A stretch of DNA of 64,000 nt, taken from NCBI GenBank assembly GCA_027036135.1, contig JALVSY010000007.1:772880-836879 (forward strand), read 5' to 3'. This stretch comes from Pyrodictiaceae archaeon. Its GTDB lineage: Archaea; Thermoproteota; Thermoprotei_A; Sulfolobales; Pyrodictiaceae. Of the stretch, positions 28,049 to 38,075 are shown piece after piece (position 1 is the stretch's first letter; each line of letters starts with the position of its first letter). A program made the position numbers and the translations under genes. Below the pieces are notes generated by a model, which worked only from the letters and a program-made list of their open reading frames with translations, did not search any database and was not told where the DNA came from.

Positions 28049-28186
28049 CCTCTATACCAGCCTATTCTTCTCCTTTTTGCCTAAGCCATAGATAAAGACC
28101 CTTCTACTTGCCTAGATTCCTTTTAGCGTTTTTCGTGATACGCATCTCAACATACTTAGCTCGCCTAGGGGAAGGTCTAAGGAGCC

Positions 28187-28789
28187 TTGGATGCAAAGGC
28201 GCTGGTTACAGAGCTCGCCGGGAAGCATGGCTTTATATGGCTTGTTTATAGCAGGGATCCCGGGAACAAGCTTCCTCGTAGCTGGAAGGGGCTAGTCAAC
28301 TACAAGAGACTTGACATTATTCCCCGTATTGCCCTATCCGCTCTCTATCCCGGCGGCGTGCTTCTCCAAGACTCAGCGCTACTTGTATTCCTAGACTCGG
28401 GTGAGAAGGGAGAACAAGGAAAAATCGTGGCGTTGTATGAGGAGTGTATGCCCAGGGAGGCTCTTTACGAGCGCGAGGTGGCTCCTCTATTCCTGCGTAG
28501 TCTTCGCGGCGAGGAATGTATTCTTGTAGACAATGCCTCGCTGGTATACGTTGCGCGGTTGCTAAGGAAGAATGGGTATCGCTTGATAGCTCTAAGTGAG
28601 AAGGGAGACAGGATAAGACCAAGCGTTCTTAGTGGGAGGCTTGTACTTGTTCTTGGTAGCTACTTTGATCCCCCGGCTAGGATTCTGAGCGAGGTAGAGG
28701 AGTCTTACTCTATTGGTCCGTGTAGTTATCTTGCGAGCCACGTGGCTGCCTATATTAATGCTCTTAGGCTTGGTGTTGTTCGTGCTTGA
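28187..28789 (+). CDS. SPOUT methyltransferase, TrmY (pseudouridine-54 N1-MTase)-like
   Basis: RLDII.R...SAL, LSEKG, VLG, SIGP.SYLASHV resemble the TrmY SPOUT motifs but are divergent. Confidence 0.65.
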   Translation: MDAKALVTELAGKHGFIWLVYSRDPGNKLPRSWKGLVNYKRLDIIPRIALSALYPGGVLLQDSALLVFLDSGEKGEQGKIVALYEECMPREALYEREVAPLFLRSLRGEECILVDNASLVYVARLLRKNGYRLIALSEKGDRIRPSVLSGRLVLVLGSYFDPPARILSEVEESYSIGPCSYLASHVAAYINALRLGVVRA

Positions 28790-29519
28790 CTAGCTTCTCA
28801 TATATCTCTTTGACTATACTTGTTATCTCATTTATCACGGCCTCTAGCCATTCTCTCCCCTTCTCTGCACTTGCCTGGGATGCTTTTCCTAGCACTGCCT
28901 TCGGGTACAGTAGCTCTTCTAGTTTAGGCGAGTAGGTTGATAGCTTGGGGAACCAGGGAGCTTCGTAGTCCCTTGCCTTATCCATGTCCACGTACTCTGG
29001 GACTATGTGAAGCATTGCACTTGTCTCGTCCTCGCCTGCGTGCCCGGGTGAGCTGAATAGTTGTCTGCGCTTCTCCTGGGCCACATCCCTCCACCAATCA
29101 ACGATAGTTATCACGGCACCGGTCTCGCTACTTACTCGCTTAGCGGCTAGCTTTAGCACGTTCGTGTTGCCTCCATGCCCATTAACAATGAGTATGAGCT
29201 TGTACTCGTTACGGACAAGACCCCTTAACACGTCCTCTACGTAGGCTCTGAATCCTTCCTCATCTACACTAATGGTTCCAGGGAAGCGCTCAAGCGACCG
29301 AGAGCAACCATACCAAATAGGAGGGTAGAGATGCGCGTCCAGCCTCTCCGCTACCTTCTCTGCCACATACTCGGCCTCGATAGTATCTGTTCCAAGGGGT
29401 AAGTGGTCCCCATGCCTTTCAAAGCTCCCCACCGGGAGGACTGCTATACTCTTCTCCTCTTTATCGAAGCGATAGCCACTAAGAAGCCAGGCCTTCTTAA
29501 ACCCCATTCCGCGTTGCAC
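28764..29519 (-). CDS. Creatininase family amidohydrolase
   Basis: PVGSFERHGDHLPLGTD, NGHGGN, HAGEDETS; start may be ATG 29507. Confidence 0.92.
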   Translation of the reverse strand: MQRGMGFKKAWLLSGYRFDKEEKSIAVLPVGSFERHGDHLPLGTDTIEAEYVAEKVAERLDAHLYPPIWYGCSRSLERFPGTISVDEEGFRAYVEDVLRGLVRNEYKLILIVNGHGGNTNVLKLAAKRVSSETGAVITIVDWWRDVAQEKRRQLFSSPGHAGEDETSAMLHIVPEYVDMDKARDYEAPWFPKLSTYSPKLEELLYPKAVLGKASQASAEKGREWLEAVINEITSIVKEIYEKLVKHEQHQA

Positions 29520-29602
29520 CTCTATTCGGGAAGCCCCGTAATGCTACTAGCTAGGATGTACAGAGTATAAGAGAGTGAAGCTATGCTTACTACGTAGTTG
29601 TT

Positions 29603-29677
29603 GGAGCCGTGATGAGGGTTAAAAGCGGCCTAGAGCCCCGCGCGTGGGGGATGGGCGGAGCCAGGCCGCTGAGCTTC
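29603..29677 (+). ncRNA. Candidate box C/D guide sRNA
   Basis: Canonical C box GTGATGA (29609-15) and D box CTGA (29669-72), GGAGC/GCTTC terminal stem, internal GC-rich stem; intergenic. Confidence 0.6.
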
Positions 29678-29915
29678 TATTACTTAGTCTTTGCCACCAA
29701 GGAGAGAGACAAGCTAGGAGTCTACACTTCTTGGTATTCCCTCATAATTAGCTTGCTTCGTTATACTCTACAGCTTCTTCGCGAAGCTGGCGGAGGGCCT
29801 GGTAACACTAGTGGTAGTCTCGTCAATTGAGTTAATTGGTCTCGCCTGTCAGGCTAGGGGCTAGTAGCTTGTTAGGGTAGTACCAACCTAGTAGTTTTAC
29901 CCGGGGGAGAGCCCA

Positions 29916-30125
29916 GTGGCGAAGGTCCTCGTAGCAGTAGTCCTAGAAGAGGACGAGGCAAAGGTTCTCGAGGAAATAGCGAGACAGGAGGGCCACAGCG
30001 ATATTGGCCGTGTGCTCGAAAAAGCGCTACGCACGTACCTGGAGCTAGGAGAGTCTAATACTTCTTTGCAAGCCTTATACTTGTCACGGAGGGTCGGCCG
30101 CATACGGGGCAGCGTTTCCCCTTAA
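29916..30125 (+). CDS. Ribbon-helix-helix (CopG-like) small protein
   Basis: Beta-strand followed by [10 protein letters not shown]...[10 protein letters not shown]; SD GGGGAG; 3' end overlaps proS. Confidence 0.55.
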   Translation: MAKVLVAVVLEEDEAKVLEEIARQEGHSDIGRVLEKALRTYLELGESNTSLQALYLSRRVGRIRGSVSP

Positions 30126-31512
30126 CCCAGTCAGGTCTCTCTAGAGGCGAGCCGAGTACGCCAGCATCAACTAGCTCTTCTAGCTTGAGCCCACACTCTT
30201 CTCGCCCACACCAGGGCAGCTCGACAATACCCCTCTCTTCTTCTAGAATCCTCTTAGCCTCCTCGATGCTCTCGACACGCTTCACTCTCGTCCTTAGCCA
30301 GTTCCAGGCACGTTCCCTTAGGTTCTTCCTAACATCCTCCATGAGTTCTCTAAGCTTCTCTGGAAGACCCTCCAGCCCAAGCTCTATTTTCTCGAAGGTA
30401 TCGCGCCTAGCAACCATTACCTTGTTTGAGCGTGCCTCACGCGGCCCTATCTCTATGCGGAGAGGTACGCCGCGAGCTTCCCATTCGTAGAACTTTCTAC
30501 CAGGTCTCACATCGTCGCGGTCATCAACGTGTATCCTTATTCCTGCTTCTCGGAGCGTCTTCGCCACTTTCTCAACATACTCGTTTACTAGCCTTCTATC
30601 CTCTTCACTACCAGCTGGTATAGGCACAATGACTACTTGTATAGGTGCTACATTAGGAGGTATAACGGCTCCACGATCATCGCCGTGAATAGCTATCAGC
30701 GTTGCGACAACTCTATCGCTTAGGCCATAGCTGGTCTGCCAAGCATAATCAAGGGTCTCGTCTCTTAGCTGTATCCTTATCTCGAAAGGCACTGTGAAGT
30801 TCTGTCCGAGGTGGTGAACTGTGCCTATTTGAAGTGTCCGGCCATCCGGCATAACGGTGTCGAACGCGACTGTGTAAAGGGCTCCCGCGAACTTGTCCCA
30901 CTCCGGCCTCCTACTTATCACGTAGGGTATGCCGAGCTCGTCGAATATCTTCTTATAGAGCTCTATGGCCTCCGCTACCTGTCTATCGGCGTCCTCAAAG
31001 CTATCATGAACGGTGTGTGCTTCCTTGAACGTTGTTACCTCGCGCAGTCTTATCAGGGGCCTAGTCGCCTTCGTCTCGTAACGGAATATACTGACTATCT
31101 GGTAGTACTTCTTGGGAAGCTGCTTGTAGCTCTTAATCCAGAAGCTCTCCATATAGGATATACTGGTCTCGCTAGTAGGCCTAAGGGCGAGGCGTATATC
31201 CAGTGGTTCTTTGCCGCCATGCGTTACCCAGTAAACCTCTCCCTCGAATCCTCTTATGTGCTCACTCTCCTTCCGTAGAAGCGTCTCCGGAATCAATAAC
31301 GGGAAGAGAACCTCCTCGTGACCAGCCGAGTCAAGAACACTTCTTATTAGCTCTATTACTCTTCGCCGTATCTGGAACCCATAGGGAAGCCATATACCCA
31401 TACCCTTTACAGGGTAACGACCATAGTCGTAGATGCCAGCCTCCTCTAACACCCAGTCAAACCATCGCGAAAACTCCCCCCGCCACTTTTTACGAGGAAT
31501 CCCCTTTGCCAT
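30055..31512 (-). CDS. proS: Prolyl-tRNA synthetase (archaeal type)
   Basis: [29 protein letters not shown]-terminal zinc domain ending AKKY. Confidence 0.97.
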   Translation of the reverse strand: MAKGIPRKKWRGEFSRWFDWVLEEAGIYDYGRYPVKGMGIWLPYGFQIRRRVIELIRSVLDSAGHEEVLFPLLIPETLLRKESEHIRGFEGEVYWVTHGGKEPLDIRLALRPTSETSISYMESFWIKSYKQLPKKYYQIVSIFRYETKATRPLIRLREVTTFKEAHTVHDSFEDADRQVAEAIELYKKIFDELGIPYVISRRPEWDKFAGALYTVAFDTVMPDGRTLQIGTVHHLGQNFTVPFEIRIQLRDETLDYAWQTSYGLSDRVVATLIAIHGDDRGAVIPPNVAPIQVVIVPIPAGSEEDRRLVNEYVEKVAKTLREAGIRIHVDDRDDVRPGRKFYEWEARGVPLRIEIGPREARSNKVMVARRDTFEKIELGLEGLPEKLRELMEDVRKNLRERAWNWLRTRVKRVESIEEAKRILEEERGIVELPWCGREECGLKLEELVDAGVLGSPLERPDWVKGKRCPVCGRPSVTSIRLAKKY

Positions 31513-31697
31513 TAGCCTACACCACTTTGTACGCCTTTATATACCACTGATAGAGTTCAGTATATAGCAATACATTCCTGTCAACTTTCAAAATCCCGGC
31601 CTTGATAGCATTACTAAGGTTACTTCTTAAAAGGAGGGGTATGTCTATCAGTGTCCATTAAAAAGCAATATCCATATCTTTGTATTTTAAACTATTT

Positions 31698-31997
31698 TTA
31701 CTTTATCGCGAAGAGTATTAGTATAGCTATTAACAGCCCATATATTGCAATACCTTCGCCAAGCACTAGGTATACCAGTAGGCGACCATATAGATCAGGG
31801 TTTTCTGTCGTAGCTGCACTAGCTGCTGCACCAGCCCTACCCACAGCAATACCAGCTCCTATAGCGCTCAAACCCATTGCCAATCCGGCTCCAAGAGCCT
31901 TAGCCGTCGCTGTTCCTTGCGCGTGAGCCACTCCGCTAAGAAGCCCGAGTGCTAAGAGGCTTAACCCTAGCACTAGGAACTTCGCGTTGAGCGCCAT
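31698..31997 (-). CDS. atpK: A1Ao ATP synthase proteolipid subunit K/c
   Basis: GAGLAMGLSAIGAGIAVG...ENP...LGEGIAIYGL; N-terminal signal-like extension. Start ATG 31997. Confidence 0.93.
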   Translation of the reverse strand: MALNAKFLVLGLSLLALGLLSGVAHAQGTATAKALGAGLAMGLSAIGAGIAVGRAGAAASAATTENPDLYGRLLVYLVLGEGIAIYGLLIAILILFAIK

Positions 31998-32085
31998 GCA
32001 GCCCACCGGAGACAAGAAGCTTGTCCCGAAGGGCTAAAAAGCTTATCTTAATCGTCTCAAGCTCCGGCTAGGCTACAGAGGTAAC

Positions 32086-32955
32086 ATGGATACATGTGAG
32101 GAGGGCGAAGCAGCTGTGTCCTCGCATCCAAGGCTCCTAGTCGTCTACTCGCTAAGGGATCCCGCTAGTAGAGGAGCTGCTGAGGAGCTACTCGGTCTCA
32201 TAAATGGCAGGGAGTGCTCTATTCCTAGGAGCACTGGGTGCACTTACAGCGATGAGCTGGGGGCCTATGTGGCCGGGTTCGACGAGGACACAATAAGACT
32301 TGATTTCCTGGACGACGTGGCGCCGAGCGACGTAGAGGCCTATATTATTCTTAGCAGGCATAGTGGCGGGAAGCCCTCGCTAACCGTTCACTACACCGGT
32401 AATCCTGGTCCAAGAGCAGAGCATGGGGGGAGGCCCTGGGAGCTATCTTATACATGGCCTAGGCTTCATGCCGCACTAATCCGGACTTACAGAGTAGTCG
32501 CTAAGGAGCATGGATTAACAAAGGAGTTTCAAGTAGTGCTAGAGGCCACCCACCACGGTCCCACGTCTCTGAGAAAGCCGCTCGTATTCATCGAGATTGG
32601 TAGCTCAGAGAAAGAATGGGGCCGGAGGGATGCCCACCGTGCTATGGCTGAGACTGTTTACCGCGTACTGAGCAACGACTGGACAAGTACGGAGTGCTCT
32701 AGGATAGCTATAGGTGTCGGTGATACTCACTACCCCTCCACGCATACGCGCGGCGTGCTCGAGAAGAGGTACTGTTATACGCACATATTCTCTAAGTATG
32801 TGCTCGAGAACCTTAACGAAGAGCTACTTGAACAAGCAAGGACTAAGAGCGAGGATCTTGTGGACTCCGTGCTCTATGCAAAGATACCAGGAGCTATTAA
32901 GCGCCTTGTGCGCTCATATGCGGAGAAAAAGGGTCTCTATAGCGGGAAGGTATAG
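32086..32955 (+). CDS. dtdA: D-aminoacyl-tRNA deacylase (DTD2/GEK1 type)
   Basis: SRH, LTVHYTGN, EATHHGPT, FIEIGS, THY. Confidence 0.92.
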   Translation: MDTCEEGEAAVSSHPRLLVVYSLRDPASRGAAEELLGLINGRECSIPRSTGCTYSDELGAYVAGFDEDTIRLDFLDDVAPSDVEAYIILSRHSGGKPSLTVHYTGNPGPRAEHGGRPWELSYTWPRLHAALIRTYRVVAKEHGLTKEFQVVLEATHHGPTSLRKPLVFIEIGSSEKEWGRRDAHRAMAETVYRVLSNDWTSTECSRIAIGVGDTHYPSTHTRGVLEKRYCYTHIFSKYVLENLNEELLEQARTKSEDLVDSVLYAKIPGAIKRLVRSYAEKKGLYSGKV

Positions 32956-32965
32956 AGGGGCTAGG

Positions 32966-33628
32966 CTAGGCCAGGCCCTCTGCTCCACGCATTCTTGCTA
33001 GGCGGCGCTTCATGGTCTTTAGTCTTATTACCTCTTCTCTCATACGATCATCGAGTACTAGCTTGATGTACTTTATGCTCTGCTCGTAGCCAGGTATGAT
33101 GCTATAGTCGAGTGCGTTTAGTAGTCGCTGGGTATCCTTTAGTTCTTGGAGGAGTCTACGAATAGCTGCCTCGGTCTCAACTACTTTTAGGAAGCTTTCA
33201 AGGACTTCTACTAGCCTATTCCTAGCCTCGAGGAGGTCTGGTGTAAGCCTCGTGGCTGTTACGGGTGCGCTGGGTATGGTCTCCTTCATGAGGGTGAATG
33301 AGGGTGCTTTTATCGCGAATAGTATCCTGACTCCCTGGGCAATCGATAGTTCTGGGGGAATAGCTTCTATGAGGGGCCTCACATTCTCTAGTCCTCCGCT
33401 CGAGACTAGGGCTCTGAAGAAGCTCTGGTAAGCATCCATGAGCTTGCGGGCTGCCTCCTCGTATGCCTTCTTATACTCTACGGCGAGTTGGCGTACGTAG
33501 AGCAGGATTACGTCTCTCTTCTCCTCTATGACCTTCCTTATTCTCTTCATTGTCTGGAGTTCTCTTCTAAGCCTTATTAGGTTAATCTTCGTTGGCAGTA
33601 CTCTTTGGCCACCGAACATTAGCGACAT
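32966..33628 (-). CDS. atpD: A1Ao ATP synthase subunit D
   Basis: PTKINLIRL, TQRLLNALDYSIIP, REEVIRLK. Confidence 0.95.
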   Translation of the reverse strand: MSLMFGGQRVLPTKINLIRLRRELQTMKRIRKVIEEKRDVILLYVRQLAVEYKKAYEEAARKLMDAYQSFFRALVSSGGLENVRPLIEAIPPELSIAQGVRILFAIKAPSFTLMKETIPSAPVTATRLTPDLLEARNRLVEVLESFLKVVETEAAIRRLLQELKDTQRLLNALDYSIIPGYEQSIKYIKLVLDDRMREEVIRLKTMKRRLARMRGAEGLA

Positions 33629-33697
33629 TCTTGCCCAGCCTCACAAATACGTGGTGTGGTTAAGGGTACGAGAGAAACAAAAGAGGCGATTAGGAAG

Positions 33698-35122
33698 TTA
33701 CTGTTGTTGCTGTGCTTTCTTGCGGTACTTGGGGTGATACTTCCTTATGTACTCGTCTTTTATCTTGTAGAGCTCTGTCTCGGGCAGTATTGCTAGTATT
33801 TCCCAGGCTAGGTCTAGTGTCTCTTCTATGCTGCGGTTCTCGAAGAAGCCCTGGCTCAGGAATCTCTGCTCGAATGCCTCGCCGAATCTTAGGTACTTCC
33901 TGTCTATCTCGGAGAGGCTTTCCTCGCCCACGATTGCTGCGAGGCTTCTTAGCTCTACTGCGCGGCTATAGGCCGCGTATAGCTGGTCTGAGACATTGGC
34001 GTGGTCTTCGCGTGTCTTTCCTGGGCCTATACCTTCCTTCATTAGTCGCGAGAGGCTCATTAGCACGTTAATGGGTGGGTAGATGCCTCTGTTGTGTAGC
34101 TCTCTGCTAAGCACTATCTGGCCCTCAGTGATGTAGCCCGTTAGGTCGGGTATGGGGTGCGTTATGTCGTCGTTGGGCATTGTTAGGATTGGCATCTGGG
34201 TTATGCTGCCCTTCTTGCCCTTTGCTCTACCTGCTCTCTCGTAGATTGAGGCTAGGTCGCTGTACATGTAGCCTGGGTAGCCCTGCCTACCGGGAACCTC
34301 TTCTCTCGAGGCACTTATCTCGCGGAGAGCCTCACAGTAATTGGTCATATCTGTTAGTATGACTAGTACGTGCATTCCTAGGTCGAAGGCCAGGTGCTCT
34401 GCTAGTGTTAGGGCAAGCCTCGGCGTGATTAACCTAACGCTTGCCGGCTCGTCAGCTAGGTTTATGAAGAGTGCTGCTCTCTTTATGGCACCGGTCTCTT
34501 CGAAGAACTTCTTGAAGAACAAGGCCTCGTCGTGCATCACGCCTATTGCTGCGAAGACTACTGCGAACTCTTCTCCGGTCCTCACGGTGGCCTGCCTAGC
34601 TATCTGGACAGCCAGCTTGTTGTGTGGTAGACCGCTTCCGCTAAAGATTGGTAGCTTCTGTCCACGAACCATAGTGTTCATGCCATCTATAGCCGAGACA
34701 CCCGTCTGTATGAAGTCCTCTGGATACTCTCTCGCTGCTGGGTTCAATGGGTCGCCGTTTATGTCTCTCCATACACCACTGGTTATTGGGGGCCCACCAT
34801 CTATTGGGTCGCCGAGGCCATTGAATATTCTTCCTAGCATCTCGTCAGACACTTTAACCTCTAGTGTTCGTGCCAGGAAGCGTACCTTTGTACCCCTTGC
34901 GGAGATACCCGTTGTTCCCTCGAAGACCTGGACAACTGCATAGCCCTGTGCCGTCTCTAGTACTCTGCCACGTCTCTTTTCACCATTCGGTAGCTCTACC
35001 TCAACTATCTCGTCGTATGCTGCATCGCTTATACCCTCTACTATTACGAGGGGGCCTCTTACCTCTCTAATTGTCTCGTACTCGCGCACTACACGGGTAG
35101 ATGCCTCAGCCACGGATCCCAC
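33698..35122 (-). CDS. atpB: A1Ao ATP synthase subunit B
   Basis: [41 protein letters not shown]. Confidence 0.97.
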   Translation of the reverse strand: MGSVAEASTRVVREYETIREVRGPLVIVEGISDAAYDEIVEVELPNGEKRRGRVLETAQGYAVVQVFEGTTGISARGTKVRFLARTLEVKVSDEMLGRIFNGLGDPIDGGPPITSGVWRDINGDPLNPAAREYPEDFIQTGVSAIDGMNTMVRGQKLPIFSGSGLPHNKLAVQIARQATVRTGEEFAVVFAAIGVMHDEALFFKKFFEETGAIKRAALFINLADEPASVRLITPRLALTLAEHLAFDLGMHVLVILTDMTNYCEALREISASREEVPGRQGYPGYMYSDLASIYERAGRAKGKKGSITQMPILTMPNDDITHPIPDLTGYITEGQIVLSRELHNRGIYPPINVLMSLSRLMKEGIGPGKTREDHANVSDQLYAAYSRAVELRSLAAIVGEESLSEIDRKYLRFGEAFEQRFLSQGFFENRSIEETLDLAWEILAILPETELYKIKDEYIRKYHPKYRKKAQQQQ

Positions 35123-35162
35123 CCAATACGAGAATTATATTCCATAATCATGGAGTATGGGC

Positions 35163-36968
35163 CTAGGCGGCTATAGCGGGGGCTGTTCTCTGTCCCTCTA
35201 CGAGCTTCTGCAACCCCTCTATTAGTTGCTGCTTTATCTTGTCTATCTCCTCTACCTTGTCGTTGGGCACCTTATATCTTGTCATTACTAGCTCTCTCAT
35301 TAATACTGCTAGAGAGTCTTTTATCTGCTTAACAGTGACGCCTTTGCTAACAGCTTCTAGGGCTGCATGGTAGAAGTCGATTATTGCTTCTAGTTGCTTC
35401 CACTGCTTCTGTGGCGTAGCGAAGGCATCTATTGGGTCGAAGGCGTTCTGTTGTAGGAAGCCTTCTCTTATCAGCCTCGCTACTTCTAGGATTAGTTTGT
35501 CTTTCTCGCTTAGGCCCTCTGTACCAACGAGTCTTACTATCTCTTTGAGCTCGTCCTCGCGTAGCAGTATGTCGTAGGCCTCGTCGCGGTACTGTTTCCA
35601 CTTGGGGCTAACATTCTTGTGCCACCACTCAGCAACCGTCTCCACGTAGGCCGAGTAGCTCATTATCCAGTTAATCGCTGGGTAGTGCCTGCTGTAAGCT
35701 AGGCGTGCGTCGAGCGCCCAGAAGACCCTTATGAATCTCTTAGTATTAGCTGTGACCGGCTCGGTGAAGTCTCCACCAGGGGGTGACACTGCGCCAGTAA
35801 TTGTTACGCTGCCTATACGCTCCGGTGAGCCGAGGGTTCTGACTCTACCCGCTCTACCATAGAACTCTGCTAGTCGTGAGGCAAGGTAGCTTGGGTAGCC
35901 CTCCTCGGCGGGCATCTCCTCTAGGCGGCCAGCTATCTCTCGTAGCGCCTCTGCCCAGCGGCTAGTGGAATCGGCTACGAGTAGTACGTCGTAGCCCATG
36001 TCCCTGTAGTACTCTGCCATTGTGACCCCAGTATAGATGCTTGCCTCACGCGCTGCTACAGGCATGTTACTGGTGTTGGCAATGAGTATCGTTCTCTCCA
36101 TCATGGGCCTGCCCGTCCACGGGTCTTTCAGCTTCGGGAACGTTACCAGGACGTCTGTCATCTCGTTCCCGCGCTCGCCACAACCAATGTATATCACTAC
36201 TCTAGCCTCACTCCACTTCGCGAGGCTTTGAAGAGTTACCGTCTTCCCGCTGCCGAAGGGACCAGGTATCGCAGCTGTACCGCCCTTCGCAATAGGGAAC
36301 ATAGTGTCTATTACACGCCATCCAGTGATAAGAGGCTCTGCGGGTTCGAATTTCTCCCTTATAGGCCTCGGCTTACGGACCGGCCATTTGTGGTACATCT
36401 TGAGCTCTACTTCGCCCTTACCCGGCACTTCAACCGTGGCTATGGTGTCCTCTACTGTGTACTCGCCCTCGCTTGCAACCCACTTCAGAACACCGTGTAC
36501 ATCGGGGGGTACGAGCACCTTGTGAGTTATTAGCGGGGTCTCCGGGACCTCGCCGAGTATATCGCCGCCAGAAACCTTGTCCCCGGGCTTCAACCCACTC
36601 GGCTTAAAATGCCACTTCTTGCTACGGTCAAGCGCTGGAACCTTTATTCCACGCCTTATGAAGATGCTCTTTGCTACCTCTCTTATAGCGTCCAAGGGTC
36701 TCTGAATACCATCATAGATCTTACCTATTAGGCCGGGTCCAAGCTCTACGCTCAAGGGGGCACCTGTTCCGTATACGGGATCGCCGGGCTTGAGACCGGT
36801 TGTGGACTCATATACCTGGATATAGGCCTTGTCTCCGACTATCCTGTTTACCTCGCCTACGAGGCGCTCCTCGCCCACCTCAACCATCTCGTACATCTGT
36901 ATACCTGTCATTCCCTCAGCTACTACTAGTGGTCCAGCCACGCGAATTATTCTGCCTTTTACGCCCAC
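35163..36968 (-). CDS. atpA: A1Ao ATP synthase subunit A (no intein)
   Basis: [34 protein letters not shown]. Confidence 0.97.
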   Translation of the reverse strand: MGVKGRIIRVAGPLVVAEGMTGIQMYEMVEVGEERLVGEVNRIVGDKAYIQVYESTTGLKPGDPVYGTGAPLSVELGPGLIGKIYDGIQRPLDAIREVAKSIFIRRGIKVPALDRSKKWHFKPSGLKPGDKVSGGDILGEVPETPLITHKVLVPPDVHGVLKWVASEGEYTVEDTIATVEVPGKGEVELKMYHKWPVRKPRPIREKFEPAEPLITGWRVIDTMFPIAKGGTAAIPGPFGSGKTVTLQSLAKWSEARVVIYIGCGERGNEMTDVLVTFPKLKDPWTGRPMMERTILIANTSNMPVAAREASIYTGVTMAEYYRDMGYDVLLVADSTSRWAEALREIAGRLEEMPAEEGYPSYLASRLAEFYGRAGRVRTLGSPERIGSVTITGAVSPPGGDFTEPVTANTKRFIRVFWALDARLAYSRHYPAINWIMSYSAYVETVAEWWHKNVSPKWKQYRDEAYDILLREDELKEIVRLVGTEGLSEKDKLILEVARLIREGFLQQNAFDPIDAFATPQKQWKQLEAIIDFYHAALEAVSKGVTVKQIKDSLAVLMRELVMTRYKVPNDKVEEIDKIKQQLIEGLQKLVEGQRTAPAIAA

Positions 36969-37012
36969 TCACAACCACCCGTGGAACCGTAGACTAGTGG
37001 GGGGAATTAGTG

Positions 37013-37645
37013 CTAAGCACCCTCCTTGCCAAGGAGGGTTTCCAAAATAACTGTCCTGGCCTTTTCTATCACGGGAGCGAGCACGACATCGAGGCTATAG
37101 TTTAGTGTTAGTCCTCCACCACGTGCACGGACAATGAATCCACCAAGACCATCAACGGGCTCCTCCGCTACTGTTGCTTTGATCCCCTTCGGCTTCTCCA
37201 CCTTCCTTAGAGCCTTTGACACGTATTCGGTGTCTCCATTAACCGGGACTATTTCTATCTCCTTGATATCCTCTGGAAGCTTTGAGAACGCGTCATTGAG
37301 CATTCGTGCGAGGAACTCTATGTAAGCTTCCTCGCCCACGAAGCTGCGGAGCTTGGACAGCGCCTCTTGTAAGACCTCGTCTACCGCCTTTGCCTTTATC
37401 TCTGCGAGCCTCTTACGGTGCTCAACTTCCCACTTAGCACTAAATGATGATGCCTTCTCGCGAGCATCTCTAAGAGCGTGGTTAAGCTCCTCCTCTAGTT
37501 TTCGCCGCGCCTCCTCATAAGCTTTCTCAACTATTTGCTTAGCAGCTATTAGTGCCTCATTCATCTTGGTCTCTATCTCTGAGCGTATCTTATTAATTAT
37601 CTCGTCAGCCAGCTTATCTGGGGAACCAAGCACGCGAACAGACAC
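37013..37645 (-). CDS. atpE: A1Ao ATP synthase subunit E
   Basis: N-terminal coiled coil, C-terminal LGGFIV...NYS; operon position. Confidence 0.88.
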   Translation of the reverse strand: MSVRVLGSPDKLADEIINKIRSEIETKMNEALIAAKQIVEKAYEEARRKLEEELNHALRDAREKASSFSAKWEVEHRKRLAEIKAKAVDEVLQEALSKLRSFVGEEAYIEFLARMLNDAFSKLPEDIKEIEIVPVNGDTEYVSKALRKVEKPKGIKATVAEEPVDGLGGFIVRARGGGLTLNYSLDVVLAPVIEKARTVILETLLGKEGA

Positions 37646-37655
37646 GGTAACTAGC

Positions 37656-37964
37656 TCACCCCATGCCTAGTGCTTTGAGCAGCTCCTTTTGAACATCCAT
37701 GGGTTGCCCGGGCTCTCGTACAGTAGGGAGACGAGCAACAACTATGTCGCTCCTACTGCGCTGCAGTTGCTCTATAGCGTCCTCAACTGCGTCGAAAAGC
37801 TCAGCCGAGACAAGGACAAGGCCAACATCTTCGCGGATCTCAAGCTCTCTTATCACCTTCTTCGCCTCAGTTGCTGCATTCACGGGATAACCCTCAACAC
37901 CTATGAGGCGGAGCGCATATACTGTATAAGGGTCAGCAACAGCGACTATGTGGCGCTTCTCCAA
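37656..37964 (-). CDS. atpF: A1Ao ATP synthase subunit F
   Basis: AVAD..TV...RLIGVEG, DVGLVLVS, KALG. Confidence 0.88.
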   Translation of the reverse strand: MEKRHIVAVADPYTVYALRLIGVEGYPVNAATEAKKVIRELEIREDVGLVLVSAELFDAVEDAIEQLQRSRSDIVVARLPTVREPGQPMDVQKELLKALGMG

Positions 37965-38075
37965 AACCTCCTCCCAGAGGAACTAGCCCGGCACCATGTA
38001 TATTAAAAATTCTTGCAGCCTCGAGCTATGTGTGGGGGCGTAGAGCTTACAGGTAAGGCGTCAAGGGGGGAGGCA

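Noticed and set aside
29609-29830. 73-aa ORF
   Set aside because: No recognisable protein features; its start coincides with the C box of a better-supported sRNA candidate.
35163-36968. Possible intein in atpA (also checked cdc48)
   Set aside because: Lengths are normal and Walker A regions are uninterrupted.
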